Positions 46,773-58,857 of a DNA stretch of 64,000 bases are shown here, one piece after another. The position numbers and the translations under genes were made by a program. Position 1 is the stretch's first letter, and the number at the start of each line of letters is the position of its first letter. Location of the stretch: positions 4,117,358-4,181,357 of the forward strand of contig CM082585.2 of the NCBI GenBank assembly GCA_040954595.2, written 5' to 3'. The notes under the pieces were generated by a model that was not told where the DNA came from, did no database searches, and worked only from the letters and a program-made list of their open reading frames with translations. The stretch is from Balanoglossus misakiensis. Its lineage: Eukaryota; Animalia; Hemichordata.

Positions 46773-49753
46773 ATTATTATTCTTCTTCTTCCGAGAAATT
46801 CGGCCAGGTAGATCTGGAAAACCGCAGCACCTAGGGGGCTGAAACTTGGTAGGGTGATAGGGGCCAATGAGGAGACGTGCAGTGGCTCGTGAATATTTAA
46901 TTAGTCACGTGACCTGGCGGCCATATTGGATTTTCTGAAAACCATTAAATGACTCCTTCTCAAAAACTACTGGGCCAATCGAGTTCAAATTTGGTGTGCA
47001 GGTAGCCTACCTTCTGTCCATCATTTTACCCCATTAAAATCATGACGTCATACATAAAGTTTTTTTGCTACAATTTTTTTTCTGAAAAACTACTTAAAAC
47101 TTAAAAAATCTTCTTCTCCAGAACCAGCGGTTACCGAGTCTCGGGATTTGGGATATGTGGTCACCTAAACTATGTCTATCAAGTTTGCGAAGAGCACTGT
47201 GATTGGTCGATTATTATGGCGGCCATGTTGGATTTTCGGAAAACCATTAAAAAATGAAAATTCTGCTTTTTAGCCCAAATGTTGACAGCACGGAAATTCT
47301 TTTTTTGGATATGAGTCATCATATGACCGGAAGTTGTCACAATTTTTCGGGGCAATTTTCACATGACCTTTGACCCAGTTTTAAAACAACTAATTATATA
47401 TGCATATTCCCCATACCTCCTCTTGTAAAAGCACCACAGTCATGAATTTTGTGAACATGGGTACCAATGCTGCCAGGACCCGACACAAATATTTTGGTAA
47501 TTTTGACAATGACCTTTGACCTATTTCTGAAACATCATTTTTCTGCATATCTAATTCCAGGCTAACCAATAGGGCTAGAGGTCTCGTATTGGTTGGACAT
47601 GGCCCATTCTGGGGTCAAAATTTTGTGCCCAAATTTTGGGTGACCTTGGGTGACCTTTGATCTACTTTCCCGTATCTCAGCATCCACAGCAGTTAGAGTC
47701 CTGGCTTTTAGGCAGCCGATGGAGCACATAATGGAGTCTTACACAAGACCTCATTAATTATGCACATACCTAATTCTAGACGAACCAATAGGGCTAGGGG
47801 TCTGATGTTTGTTGGACCTAGACTAGTATGGGGTCCAATTTATTTGCCCAAATTTCGGGTGACCTCAGGTAACCTTTGACCTACTTTCCCATATCTTGGT
47901 ATCCACAGCAGATACATCCTTGGCATTTGCTGGTCACCATGGGAACCGCTTGTGCCCCGCCAACGCTGCTTGCAGCTTTAATTACATGTTATTTTCGTTA
48001 ACACCACGGGTTCACAGAGTTTTGCTTCCAGGATGTCTGCAGTTGAATACAGCACACACATCTGCTTCTTGCCCCAATGTCAGAGAGCGTAGCAATAAAT
48101 AATGTATGGTAATTACGTATACGTCCCTTTCTTAGATCAAAATCATTTAAGTTAACAAAATAATATTAAGTATATTAAAAATTAAATGGGGGACGAGATA
48201 AGGGTGGAGCAATAGTAATTCAAATAAAATCAAATCTAAAATACATGTGAAATCCTGGTTTGTCCTCATTAAACTAAATTGACGCGCATGAAGGGCTGCA
48301 GTCCATTCGTTAATTCTCTTAATCGTTCTCTCTATTGAACCCAACAGTAAAATACAAAAAGGTACACCAGACCGGCCAGGTGCTAACTTGGTCTGACTGG
48401 TACGCTGGAAAGGGAAATCGTCAGACAGGACCATTTTCAGGACAAGATGTCAATTATGTTTGTGCTACCGGTGGATGCAATGGTCCTCTCATTGTATTAT
48501 AGAGCTACTATATTTACGAAATTCGCATACTAGTACTCGGACGTACTAGTGGTAGTGTATACCTATCTGACGACGATGCCTCACTGATATTGGAATTTTA
48601 GCGGTCAATGGCAGAGTAAGTATGGAACCCCGTCACGACGTGTTGCACATAGATCTGCGGTACACAGGATTGATTTATAGAGTAGACTTTTACTGGCATT
48701 TGCCATTCAAAAATCTCGCAAAAGTCCCAGATAGCGCCATCACGGTTGATAATGATAAGCTTAGTTTTATTTGCCTCACAAATTTGTGAATTTATTTCTG
48801 AAAATAAAGTATAAGCAAATTCATTAAAGAATCAATTTTTAACATACTACAACTTACTATACTTCTATATCCCATTATTGACTGCTTTTACCGTTGTTGT
48901 ATTCCAACCGGATATAATCTGAAAGATCACAGGCACATTTTCTTCCAGCCAGATCATGACCAAATCCTCGCAGAAATTACAACTAACTTTCACATGCAAT
49001 CACCCTGCACAGACACTAAATCAAATGTTCATTACGGGTACAAACAATTAGTGCTTATCACGGTTGTTGTTGTTGTTGTTGTTGAAGCTTGATTTATCTT
49101 CCATTTGAAAACAACAACAACAATGTTTATACATCAGACATGGCTGACTGAGTATTCATAACACAACACAAATTGTAATTGTACAATTATCTGTGTTTTC
49201 CGCAGGGGGAGTATGGTGCTATAGCGGGTATACATCGCAAAAATATCTTGACACTGCAGGGCGTGAGTTTATACAGGCGTTACGCCAGTCTGCGTTCAAA
49301 ACTGGAAGTGCCGAAGAAAGCACCAAAGAAGAGCCAAAACAAACAAAATTGGTCATTGCATAAGTACTTTATTTGCTGATCTATAGGGTATGTGAATATT
49401 GACATGACAGGTGTGTGTCTATATCAAGCTGTATGTAGTCATTTTGACCCAGAATAAAATTAACATAACTTATGGTTATAACTTATAATGGTTTGTACAG
49501 AAACGTATTAGGAGTAGAATCATGTGATGTATTCCATGCAATATACAGAAGGAGAGAACATGCAGAGGCATTTTTGTACAGATTTGTGTGTTAGGGAGGC
49601 TTAATTCACATTTAGTATGCAAATTACTTCCATCCCGGGGATTCAATCTTTCCGGTTTATGGAACAGTTGTCTTCGTAAGATTAGTGCCGAGGATGAGAT
49701 CCGTGCATTTACTAACTGCGCCCTAGACTGATATCCAGTCTGTCAACACTTGA

Positions 49754-52700
49754 CTACAATAGAAAGAGGCCATCCAACAACTCCTGTGGGATTCCTGGTA
49801 AGTCTCTCAAACCAATCGTCTTCTTCTGGCGCATGTATCTTGTGTACTCAACATACATTGACCAATTCGATGTTCTTGAACTGAAGAACAGTTGGGCTTC
49901 TGCAAATGGTATGCATTTAACTTAGGTCAGTGCTATAGATGTTTCACAAATTCAAATTTCATCTGGACATGAGTTACATTGTCGTAGATTTCTTTGAGGT
50001 GTCATATCAAATTCAATATCATTGAAGCAAACGAAATTCCAACAAAATTCTTATGCCAATTCAAGAGTATAGTACATGTAGTTTTAACTTGACAGAACGG
50101 GGTAACTAATTTAAAGATATGACAATGTACTGTTCTCGTCATGCATTTTGAAAGTATATACGGTCGTAGAATACAAGATCTAGCCATTGCAAGGAAATCG
50201 AAATAAGAGCGTTTTTATTATTATCGTGGAATATTATAGTGATTATTACAAGTTAGTTTTTTTCACCTAACATACCACTATCGAAATACTGTTAGTGCTT
50301 CCAAACAACAATTACGACTGGAAACTGTGGTCAGTCTTACAGTTGGCTAGATTTGTTGATTTTGTATATCGAATAAGCAACTACTTACTTTCAGCCATTT
50401 CCTGTTCAACCAAAGATATCACATAGTTGTCATTTTCATACTCCTTGAGCGATGGCACCATCTTAATCAAGTCCTGAATATAGTACACGCGTAGATTGGC
50501 GGCATTCAGATATGATCCTATGGTCTTGTAATGACAGAAGAAATAAACATTATATGGTTTAGGGGACAGTTTGGTTTGTAAACTGATGTTAAATTGATCA
50601 TCAGTCTCAATTATACACAACATGAATGCATTAATTGACCCTAACATGTTTAGTGAAACCCGTTTCGTGGTGAAGTATTCTGAAAAGTAAAATCTCATAA
50701 CAGCTGACATACAGTTATAGCATACTTATTATATTGCAGTTTATATGTATCCTGTTCACAAAAGTTGTGGTGTTAGATTCCGTACTTTAATAGCTGATTC
50801 AGCCTAATTTCACAATTCTGACAACAACAACAACACCAACAACAACGAAAATGACATCATCATCATCATCAACAACAACAACAACAACAACAACAGCAGC
50901 AGCAGCAACAACAACAGCAAAAATCCTTTAGTGGTGAGATAGATGGCCAGACAGAAATGGTTGGGGTCAATAACGACCATAGAGTCGTGCACTTACCTGA
51001 GTATATTCAGGCATGGATACATACAAACATGCCAATTTCTCTCTCTTCATGATGATCTCTATTTCTCTCACAACAGTCGGCGCCGCTTCATGAAGCAGGT
51101 GAAGGTCACTTGGAGCTCCATTTCTTTCTTTATTACATTTCATGTATATACATCTATAATTTGAATAAGAAATGGTTATGAAGATCCTAAAGTCAGTTTA
51201 TATCCTTGTATACAAGGCCTATATAGGGGGTGTGAAGAACCTTGATAGAGGAGGCCAAGAGGGCTAGTGCTATTTCGGGAGACTCGGATGTTAAATTTTT
51301 CTGGAAACTGTCAGGGGAGGGTCAATGTTTTACGTGCAAGGACATTGAGATAATTCGTTTTAACACATGCAAAATTAAACTTTTGTTATTTTACAAAGAT
51401 TAAACATCACCAATATCGGACATACAGAATTACAAGTTCCTTATTTTCAGTAACCGCCACGTGTAAATCGTCTAATATCTGGTGTTCTGTTTTTTCACTT
51501 TATACGTAGATTCATCTTAGCTATGAAAGAAGAATGTCATGCACACACATGGGATCAAAGCTTTTGCCCTTAGATTTATCTAAGTGATTTTTAATGATTG
51601 AGAAATTAATGGCTGTTTATCTAATTCATGTTTTATTATAATGATTTTTTACTCACTTAACTAAATGCTCTGCGCTCTTATTTCTCCAGTGCATCGCTGC
51701 ATAGTTGCCATTGCAAAGCTTCCCCGCTCCTTCCGCCGCTAAGCGAAGAATGTAGGGCGCACGCACCAGATATTTTTCAACGAGGGCTTCGATCTGCCTT
51801 ATACACGTGTAGTTTACATCAATACTCCAGAACCCCACACACTTTTGTTTGTGTGGAATGGATATCTCGCGGAAAGATGCGTAATCTCGGTAAACATCTG
51901 GGAATTTTATATCTTTGAAATACTCGGTCATGAATTTTTGAGCTTCGCCGTTAGACTCCACCTGTGCCTTACACATGCGTATCTTGTATTTAGTGCACCA
52001 CTCGGTTATGTACTGACTCCTTGGTAGGGCAGCGATGAGGTTTCCCGCCTCAATGGAACCGTTGCACATGTCGTAGAAGTCTTCAGCTGGAATGGTGGGT
52101 AGCAGCTCGTTTAGTGCTTTGATGTCAAATGTCTGATTAAAGCTTCTGGCCTTGTGACTGTCTATTTTCTGGAAAGGGTGGGGTAAGAAACTATGAGTGA
52201 CAATGCCGAGTCCGTTTGCCACTGCAAATTGCAAGGTCCATCGGTACATATTGTAAAAACTACTCGGTCCGCCGCCTTGTTTGTACACGGGTATAACAAA
52301 GTGTCTTCCGAGCGGTTCTTCTTCTTCGTCTGTCGTTAATCGTGGGAGCTCCTTCACCGTCTCGCAAGTCTGGCTGTTCATTGGCACATCCGAAGTAGTA
52401 TAGTCTATCTCAGAATCCGACCCTTCGCTGTCCAAACGTTGAGGTTCCAAAACCAATTTGTTAGACTGACTTGTGTTTCCAGAAGTGAAATGTTCAGTTG
52501 TCAAGGAAACCTCTTCTGTGTCAGGGCTTTGCACGTCAAAGGTAGACTTAAAACTTTTCTGCAAAAATAGCAAGAAATAATAACTCTAAGATAGGGTCTA
52601 AAACAGACAATAAACTATATGTTTTTAAAATGTGTTTATATACGAACTGTGCCTCTTATGTACTTTACCAAATTTTCAGCTTTTGGGGTACCACAGATGT

Positions 52701-52926
52701 GCACGCGAGCGGCAGGCCAAGCACATGTCATTGTTTTCAGAAATTTCTCGAATATATTATACCATAACTTCTAGTCTCTCACCTGTGTAATTATTGTCCA
52801 GTCTTGCAATACAGTTGCATAATTCTTGTATAACCGTCGAATGTATACGAGGTTACAAATAATTGCGACAGTGCAGATTGCAAGGATCAAAGCATTCCTA
52901 TAAATTAGACAGTTAATACTAGTCAT
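49754..52926 (-). CDS. GDP-fucose O-fucosyltransferase-like (POFUT/O-FucT GT-B fold) type II membrane protein, 5 exons, ~494 aa
   Basis: Exons 52926-52783, 52558-51657, 51153-50997, 50524-50389 and 49899-49754 all have GT/AG ends and splice in frame. N-terminal TM ALILAICTVAIICNLVYI, then a Ser/Thr/acidic stem. Motifs YAAMHWRN and SLVEQEMAEKAQLFFSSRTSNWSMYVEYTR resemble the HxR and DQ..A..F..S..S.FS motifs of this family. Confidence 0.8.
50820..50920. repeat. (CAA/CAT/CAG)n intronic microsatellite
   Basis: Direct reading. Confidence 0.9.
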
Positions 52927-54549
52927 TAGTCAAGACATTCCCAGTGCTCCAACCTACAAAGATGCAGACTGAAACTGTAGGGAATACAATCATGTCTAAT
53001 TTATATGTTCACATATACATGGTGTATGGTTAACAAGCCGTACACAAAGCTGTAAACTAGATCTTAAACCAGAACAAAAACTTTTCCCGCCAAATTGATG
53101 TGCATTCTTCATAAGTATTCAATTTCAAAGTCGCACATTTTAAAATAATTGACATCATATCAGTAAATGGCGAGACAATTGATAACAGCGTAAAAAAATT
53201 ACCTTGCCGCCATGATGGTATTAAGTTTTCCAAAATTGCTGTTCCTGTTATCTTTAGTATTAGATCGTGATGAACGGGAACGGGGCAGTACTTACAAAGC
53301 GAATGCCCATACCGAATTAAAAGACGTGTCGAGGTTGATATTGCTTTATACAACCCCAAAAAGTCAGGGGAGGGGGTGCTTAATCACCCTCAAATAAAAG
53401 GCACTCAGGGATTTATTTCTTCATAAGAGTAAAACCCTCCAGCTGTCGAAGTTGTTCAGTGTGGCGGAAAAAACGTGTTTAGGGGCTTATCTCTCACTTA
53501 ATTTAAAGTTATGTGTTTCTGTGCCTGGCACCCGCTGCAAAGTTGAAAGTATCCTGGCCATTGTTCTGTCATGCTGAATACTATACCTGAGCGTATGCTA
53601 TTCCCTTTGATGATGGCATACCTTTGCATCGTTATGTGCCCTTTGAGTTTTATACAAACGAATTAGTTTATACTTGGTTTGCGTTTCCATCGCATAATGT
53701 TAACAATTAATAATAACATTCATGTATTCTGCAGACTTCGTGCGTGCAATAGTGTGCTGAAACCGAAACATACGAGGAAAGTGATTGCATATGTGGATTG
53801 AAAATGTTTTACTTTATAGATGTCGCAAGATAGTGCGCAATGCTCAATCCCACTGAACGAATACCATCTAAAGACACGAGCTCAAAACAGACGTATGTAC
53901 ACACACCAAAAACCCAGCAGATCAAGCAAATATTAGATTTTTAATCCCGGCACCAACTATAGTAAAAAATTAATTCGTGCACAATTTCAATTCACTTAAC
54001 GTAAGAACCTAAATAAGTTATGGCAGTCTGAAGTATTGGTTCATAAATAACACAATTTAAATGGACCTACGGGATTTGTGGATAAGATGTAGCTAGTATG
54101 AATTAATGAAATTTTAATACATGAGAAACATCTACTGACAGCTACTGAATAAATTTCATTGTGCGATGGGAGAATGACAGGTCCTTTTTGTAGAACGTTG
54201 ATGGTTTTAATCTCAAAATCCATCTTTCATTAAAATTGCATTTAGTTTTTTCTCTGAATAGAAAAACCAGTTTGAGATCCTTGGAACGTGTCCTGCGCTC
54301 ATGTCTACTTTACATGTTAAAAACTCTTCTCTTTGGGGGTTTAAAAAAGAAAACCTGTGCCATAATCTGGAAAAGCAGTTTGTGATTGTTAAATGACAAC
54401 AATGTTCACTTTAATGCCTCTTCATAATATCTCTTAGAGGAAACCAAAATATGGTGACAGTATTAAACATTTATTATGAACATTTTTTTGCCATCGAAGT
54501 ACAAATACTAACCAAATTAAAGGTGACGCAGGGTGTAGAGTGGGCAGTG

Positions 54550-55066
54550 TCTCAGGCCGTACCCGTTCAGTCACTGCCGGAAAGCGTTCAAGACCACGCA
54601 CGAGTTAAACTATCACGTCATGATCCACTCAGACGTGAAACAGTTTGAATGCAAAGAGTGCGGGAAGACCTTTACGCACGGCCACAACCTGCGGCTTCAC
54701 AAACAGATCCACACGGACAACCGGCCGCACCAGTGTCAGTACTAGAAGTCGAACATGAAGAGGCACCTCACTGTCCACACCTCGGTCGTCGACAAACCGT
54801 ACGAGGTGAAGGAACTCGCGGCCGGAAAGCGGTACAAATGCAAAGAGTGCGGGAAACTATTTACCGCGAGCGGCAATGTGAGAAAACACGTCGTCGTTCG
54901 CACCAAATAAAGGCCGTTTCCGTGTACAATTTGCGGAGCAGCGTTCGCGCGCAAAGCGGGCTTGCAGAGACAGAATCAAGTGCACACACAGCAACGGCCA
55001 TTAAAGTATGGAGAGTGTGGGAGAGCGTTTGCAGACAAAGCCAACTTAGTTGCACACAAAAGCTGC
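54550..55066 (+). pseudogene. C2H2 zinc-finger array pseudogene fragment
   Basis: One frame reads ...FECKECGKTFTHGHNLRLHKQIHTDNRPHQCQY*...YKCKECGKLFTASGNVRKHVVVRTK*RPFPCTICGAAF.... Stops at 54743 and 54908; several Cys/His ligands are lost. Confidence 0.85.
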
Positions 55067-56460
55067 CAATTTTGCATTATAAAACAATACGTTGGCTAAC
55101 AAAGCTTTAACGTTTCTGTACACCGCAAGCAAGATGGTTGGTGGGTTTCCTTTTCATACACAACAGTATTACAACGATCTGAGCCTTTTATACATCCCAA
55201 ATGAATATTCTACCTATCAGAATTGATATAATCTAACGGCACGCTACAGCCTTCAAATGATGTAGTTTGCAAAAACTGCATATTTCTTTATAAGGCATTT
55301 AATTAAAGAAAACCATGTCTTTGTGAATAATTATTTTCTGTATTTTAGTGCTTACAACATACCATAATGATATTGTAGATTATTTTGAACTGTAACTCTT
55401 TGCAATGGGGCCGGAGGACTATAAATGCAATAAATAGACTTAGACACATAAAATGGTATTATCAATCGAAAGTATGATTTATTGAAACTTGACTCTCCTG
55501 TATACAATAAAACAGTACTTGGATACAATCTTGGAAAAACTTCAATACACTGGTTCAGATAGTGTTGCTAAGGTTCCAGTTTTGAAATTGAGACATTAAC
55601 AGATCCAAGGCAATTACACACCGTAAAACTCAAACTTAGTAATATTTGGTCTATATATTGCGTTTTGTGTGTCAACCAATGTGGTTTTGTGGAGTGATAT
55701 AACGTTCAGTCGTAAGATTCCAAAGACTGTGACAGAAAAATGTGTGTTATCTACATTGTCTATGATAAAATATTAAATGCAATACTGACTTAAACATTTT
55801 ACATGGTGATGGTTGAATATAAACTGTCTATGATGACAAAGAAAAGTCACTCACTATGGTCTAGTGGATAGAATAAGAAAATGGGATGACATTTATCACA
55901 AAATTTCTGAATAAATTACATGAAGTTACAGCAATTCCATAAGTATTATCTCCCTATAACAAAGCATATAATTTCTCTCTTTCATTGATAAGCAAATTTC
56001 TTTCTCTAAATGACCTTTCAGATGCCAATGTTAAAATTTAAACAAATTTAGAAGTTTTACAATAATGACAGGTCTTCCATAAGTTTTACATCTTCATATA
56101 GGCATTGGGATCTCCGTGTTCAATAAAACTCCCATCCAATAAAACACCTGAGCAATAGTTTCACGAAAGTAGTTTAATAAACAGACAACTTCATGAAAAC
56201 TCACTTCACAACCATGGGAAATGACACAGTTATCATCATATAATATTCTGAAGACTAACGTAATAACAATGTCATATATAGAGGGATAGCCGGCCCTTCT
56301 GCCTAACCCCTGTCCCTTGGGCTAAAGAAACATTATTATTATTATTATTAGATGACATTTGTGAACTTAAAAATTAATGGTTGCATAACATTGACCACTC
56401 ACTCAAATCACTGCTTACATTGTGAAAAGTACTGCGCCATAGCTGTTGACATAACTGAAA

Positions 56461-58857
56461 TTATGAATGAAGTCTTACTTTGACAAACGTTATGTCTTTG
56501 TAGCCTGCCGTTTCATACATCAACCCAATATTATTGTCATCTATTTTTGTCAGACACGAATATCCGCTGAAACCAGGATCAATGGTGAGAGCGCCCTCCC
56601 ACGTCTTGCCTTCGTCCAGGCTCCATCGCAGGGTCAGATTTTTTCGGCCCGATATCGAGGCTGGATTCAAGTGAAAGAGGACGCCGTTGAGGATGAGGGC
56701 GCTTCCAGCACATCCGGGGTCGATTAAAACGTCATCAAAATAGACGTTCTCGATTGGAAAGGTGTCGCCCCCATCGTCGCTGCGAGACACAACTTTACAA
56801 CTGCAGTGATAACCATAGGTATTGCGTGTAAAACAAAGAAGCGAGCCGTTTGCCATTTCAACAATCTGAAAAAAAAAACAACAACAACAACAGTAACATG
56901 AGCATTACAAGGTTTAAAACTACAGCTGTGAATGAATGAATGAATGAATGAATGAATGAATGAATGAATGAATGAATGAATGAATGAATGAATGAATGAA
57001 TGAATGAATGAATGAATGAATGAATGAATGAATGAACTTTATTTCACCAGCGATATATGTCAATATGTATAATACACAGAAAGTAAAAGAAAGATGTTTA
57101 CATATAGATAAAAGAAAGGTGTTTACGTATATTACTGTAGAATAAGCAAGTCTGGTAGTGGAGGGTAGCTTTTCTTTGCGAGGAAAATATCTGAGCCCGA
57201 GTCAGAAGTTGACATTTTTCATCATCTGAACTGTATTAAGATAATTTCGAACTTCAGTTTTTAAAGTTCATGTGAACAAATTCATATGTAGGATCATTGT
57301 TGCTTCAATTATTATTTATTTGATATAAATTTCACTTGTAGAAAAAAATGACATAAACCTACTATTCAGCATCTTCCTAAAAACAATCATAATTTATTTA
57401 TTAAATCAAAACAAAACAAAGAGAGATAAATAACTAAACTGCTATTGAAATCCTTTGTGGTCTTTAAATGAATAAGGCACGATCTATATGAGATTGCATA
57501 ATCAGATAAATGTTTACCCACCTGTGGTTCAGATATTGCGAAGTCTCCCTTCTTTTTAGGCACATTGTTGGGGATACCCGGAAGCGAAGCCCCAATTTCC
57601 CAACTCTTCCCGTGATCTGAGTCAAATCAAAATATAAATGTGGGTGCTGTTATTGTACATGTCTTTTATGCCACCTCTTTCAGCCATTAAAACTGCGACG
57701 GAAAGGCAGCATAATCTATACTGTACTGCCCGGATGAAATAGCTAGTCTTGGTTTGAAGGCCCAAGGAGTTCCCTATGAGTTCGATCACTGTCATTGTAT
57801 ACCTCACCACAGTAGCTATCTCTAACACGAACAAATCATATATTCTTAATCTGTACAGCAATAACCGTGTCATTTAATATCATCGACCGAAAACACACAA
57901 CTTGGATCGTATCCTGCGAAACCGACCCTCATGCCTCAGCTGTCTTTATGTTCTGATGAGTTAGATCCCATAGGGCGCAGTCACGTTCGGTCTTATCGCA
58001 ACACCGTTGCCCGACATTTTCAGTGCCAGTGGTGGAGTTGCATCTGCACAACACTAGTACAGCTACAACAATGAAATCGCATGCACTATCATGGCAACGA
58101 AAAGAATAAAATTAAATAGTGTTTACCTTTGGAACGAATCATACAGAAATCGATGATAAATAGTGATCCTGCACTAATATACTGTATACATGTAGTTTGT
58201 ATTCTTACCGTCACTGGTCAAACAGTACAAGCCTTCCCTGCTTCCTTTGAGAGATATTAGGTGACCACACGCCACCAAGCGTCCTTTGTTTGGCGGCATA
58301 GTTTTCTGGATTCCATACCCTGGCCCTGCAGCCCACGCCACTCCTTTCAGAGACGGGCTCTCCACAGAGATATCATTAGGTTTACTCCATGTATTTCCCC
58401 CGTCTTTGCTCTTAATCATATACACATAGGATCCGTTGTTCCCGCCAGAACACGTCTCATGCACACAGTAGTTGTACAAGAGGATAAGTGTGTTCTCTTC
58501 GTGGTCAACGACGAGACTACCAACGTTTAGACCGTCGGCTGTCTGGAAATCCTCGACCAGCAGCTCCACGGTGCTCCACGACGAACCGCCGTTCGTGCTC
58601 CGACGCTGGGTGAGGAATTTGGCGCCGGCGTCGCTGATGCCGAATTTGCGCGCTTCTGACATGGCCACCAGCGCGCTGCCGTCGGGCGTGTTCGTGATGG
58701 CCGGGATTCTGAAGGACGCCACCTCGGCGGTGGACCCACCTTCCCACAGAATCTGCCGGTCGACGACAGTCGGTTCGAGAACTGCAGCCACGGAACGAAG
58801 GGTTAGCAAAATGGCGGCAACGAAAGGAGCGCGCCACAATAATCGTACACAGGACAT
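56461..58857 (-). CDS. NEU1: Sialidase-1-like (GH33 neuraminidase), 3 coding exons, ~382 aa
   Basis: Exons 58857-58209, 57616-57522 and 56865-56461 splice in frame. Signal peptide, FRIP, Asp boxes (STNGGSSW, SKDGGNTW, SDDHGKSW, SDDGGDTF, SLDEGKTW), AGPGYGIQK, catalytic SGYS and MYE. Confidence 0.93.
56929..57036. repeat. (GAAT)n intronic microsatellite
   Basis: Direct reading. Confidence 0.97.

Larger units (their letters stand above)
23373..47983. mobile_element. Outer non-autonomous Helentron (element 0), split by 23.3 kb of nested Helentrons
   Basis: Palindromic end GGGGGCACAAGC...GCTTGTGCCCCC at 23374-23408. The body resumes at ~46773. The matching subTIR GCTTGTGCCCC plus hairpin GCTGCTTGCAGC-TTTAATT is at ~47948-47983; this subTIR variant occurs only at these two places. 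Confidence 0.85.

Noticed and set aside
54649-55110. 153-aa ORF
   Set aside because: Off-frame shadow of the zinc-finger pseudogene.
57915-57975. GAAAC...GTC...CTGATGAG hammerhead-like motifs
   Set aside because: The required stems I-III do not pair.
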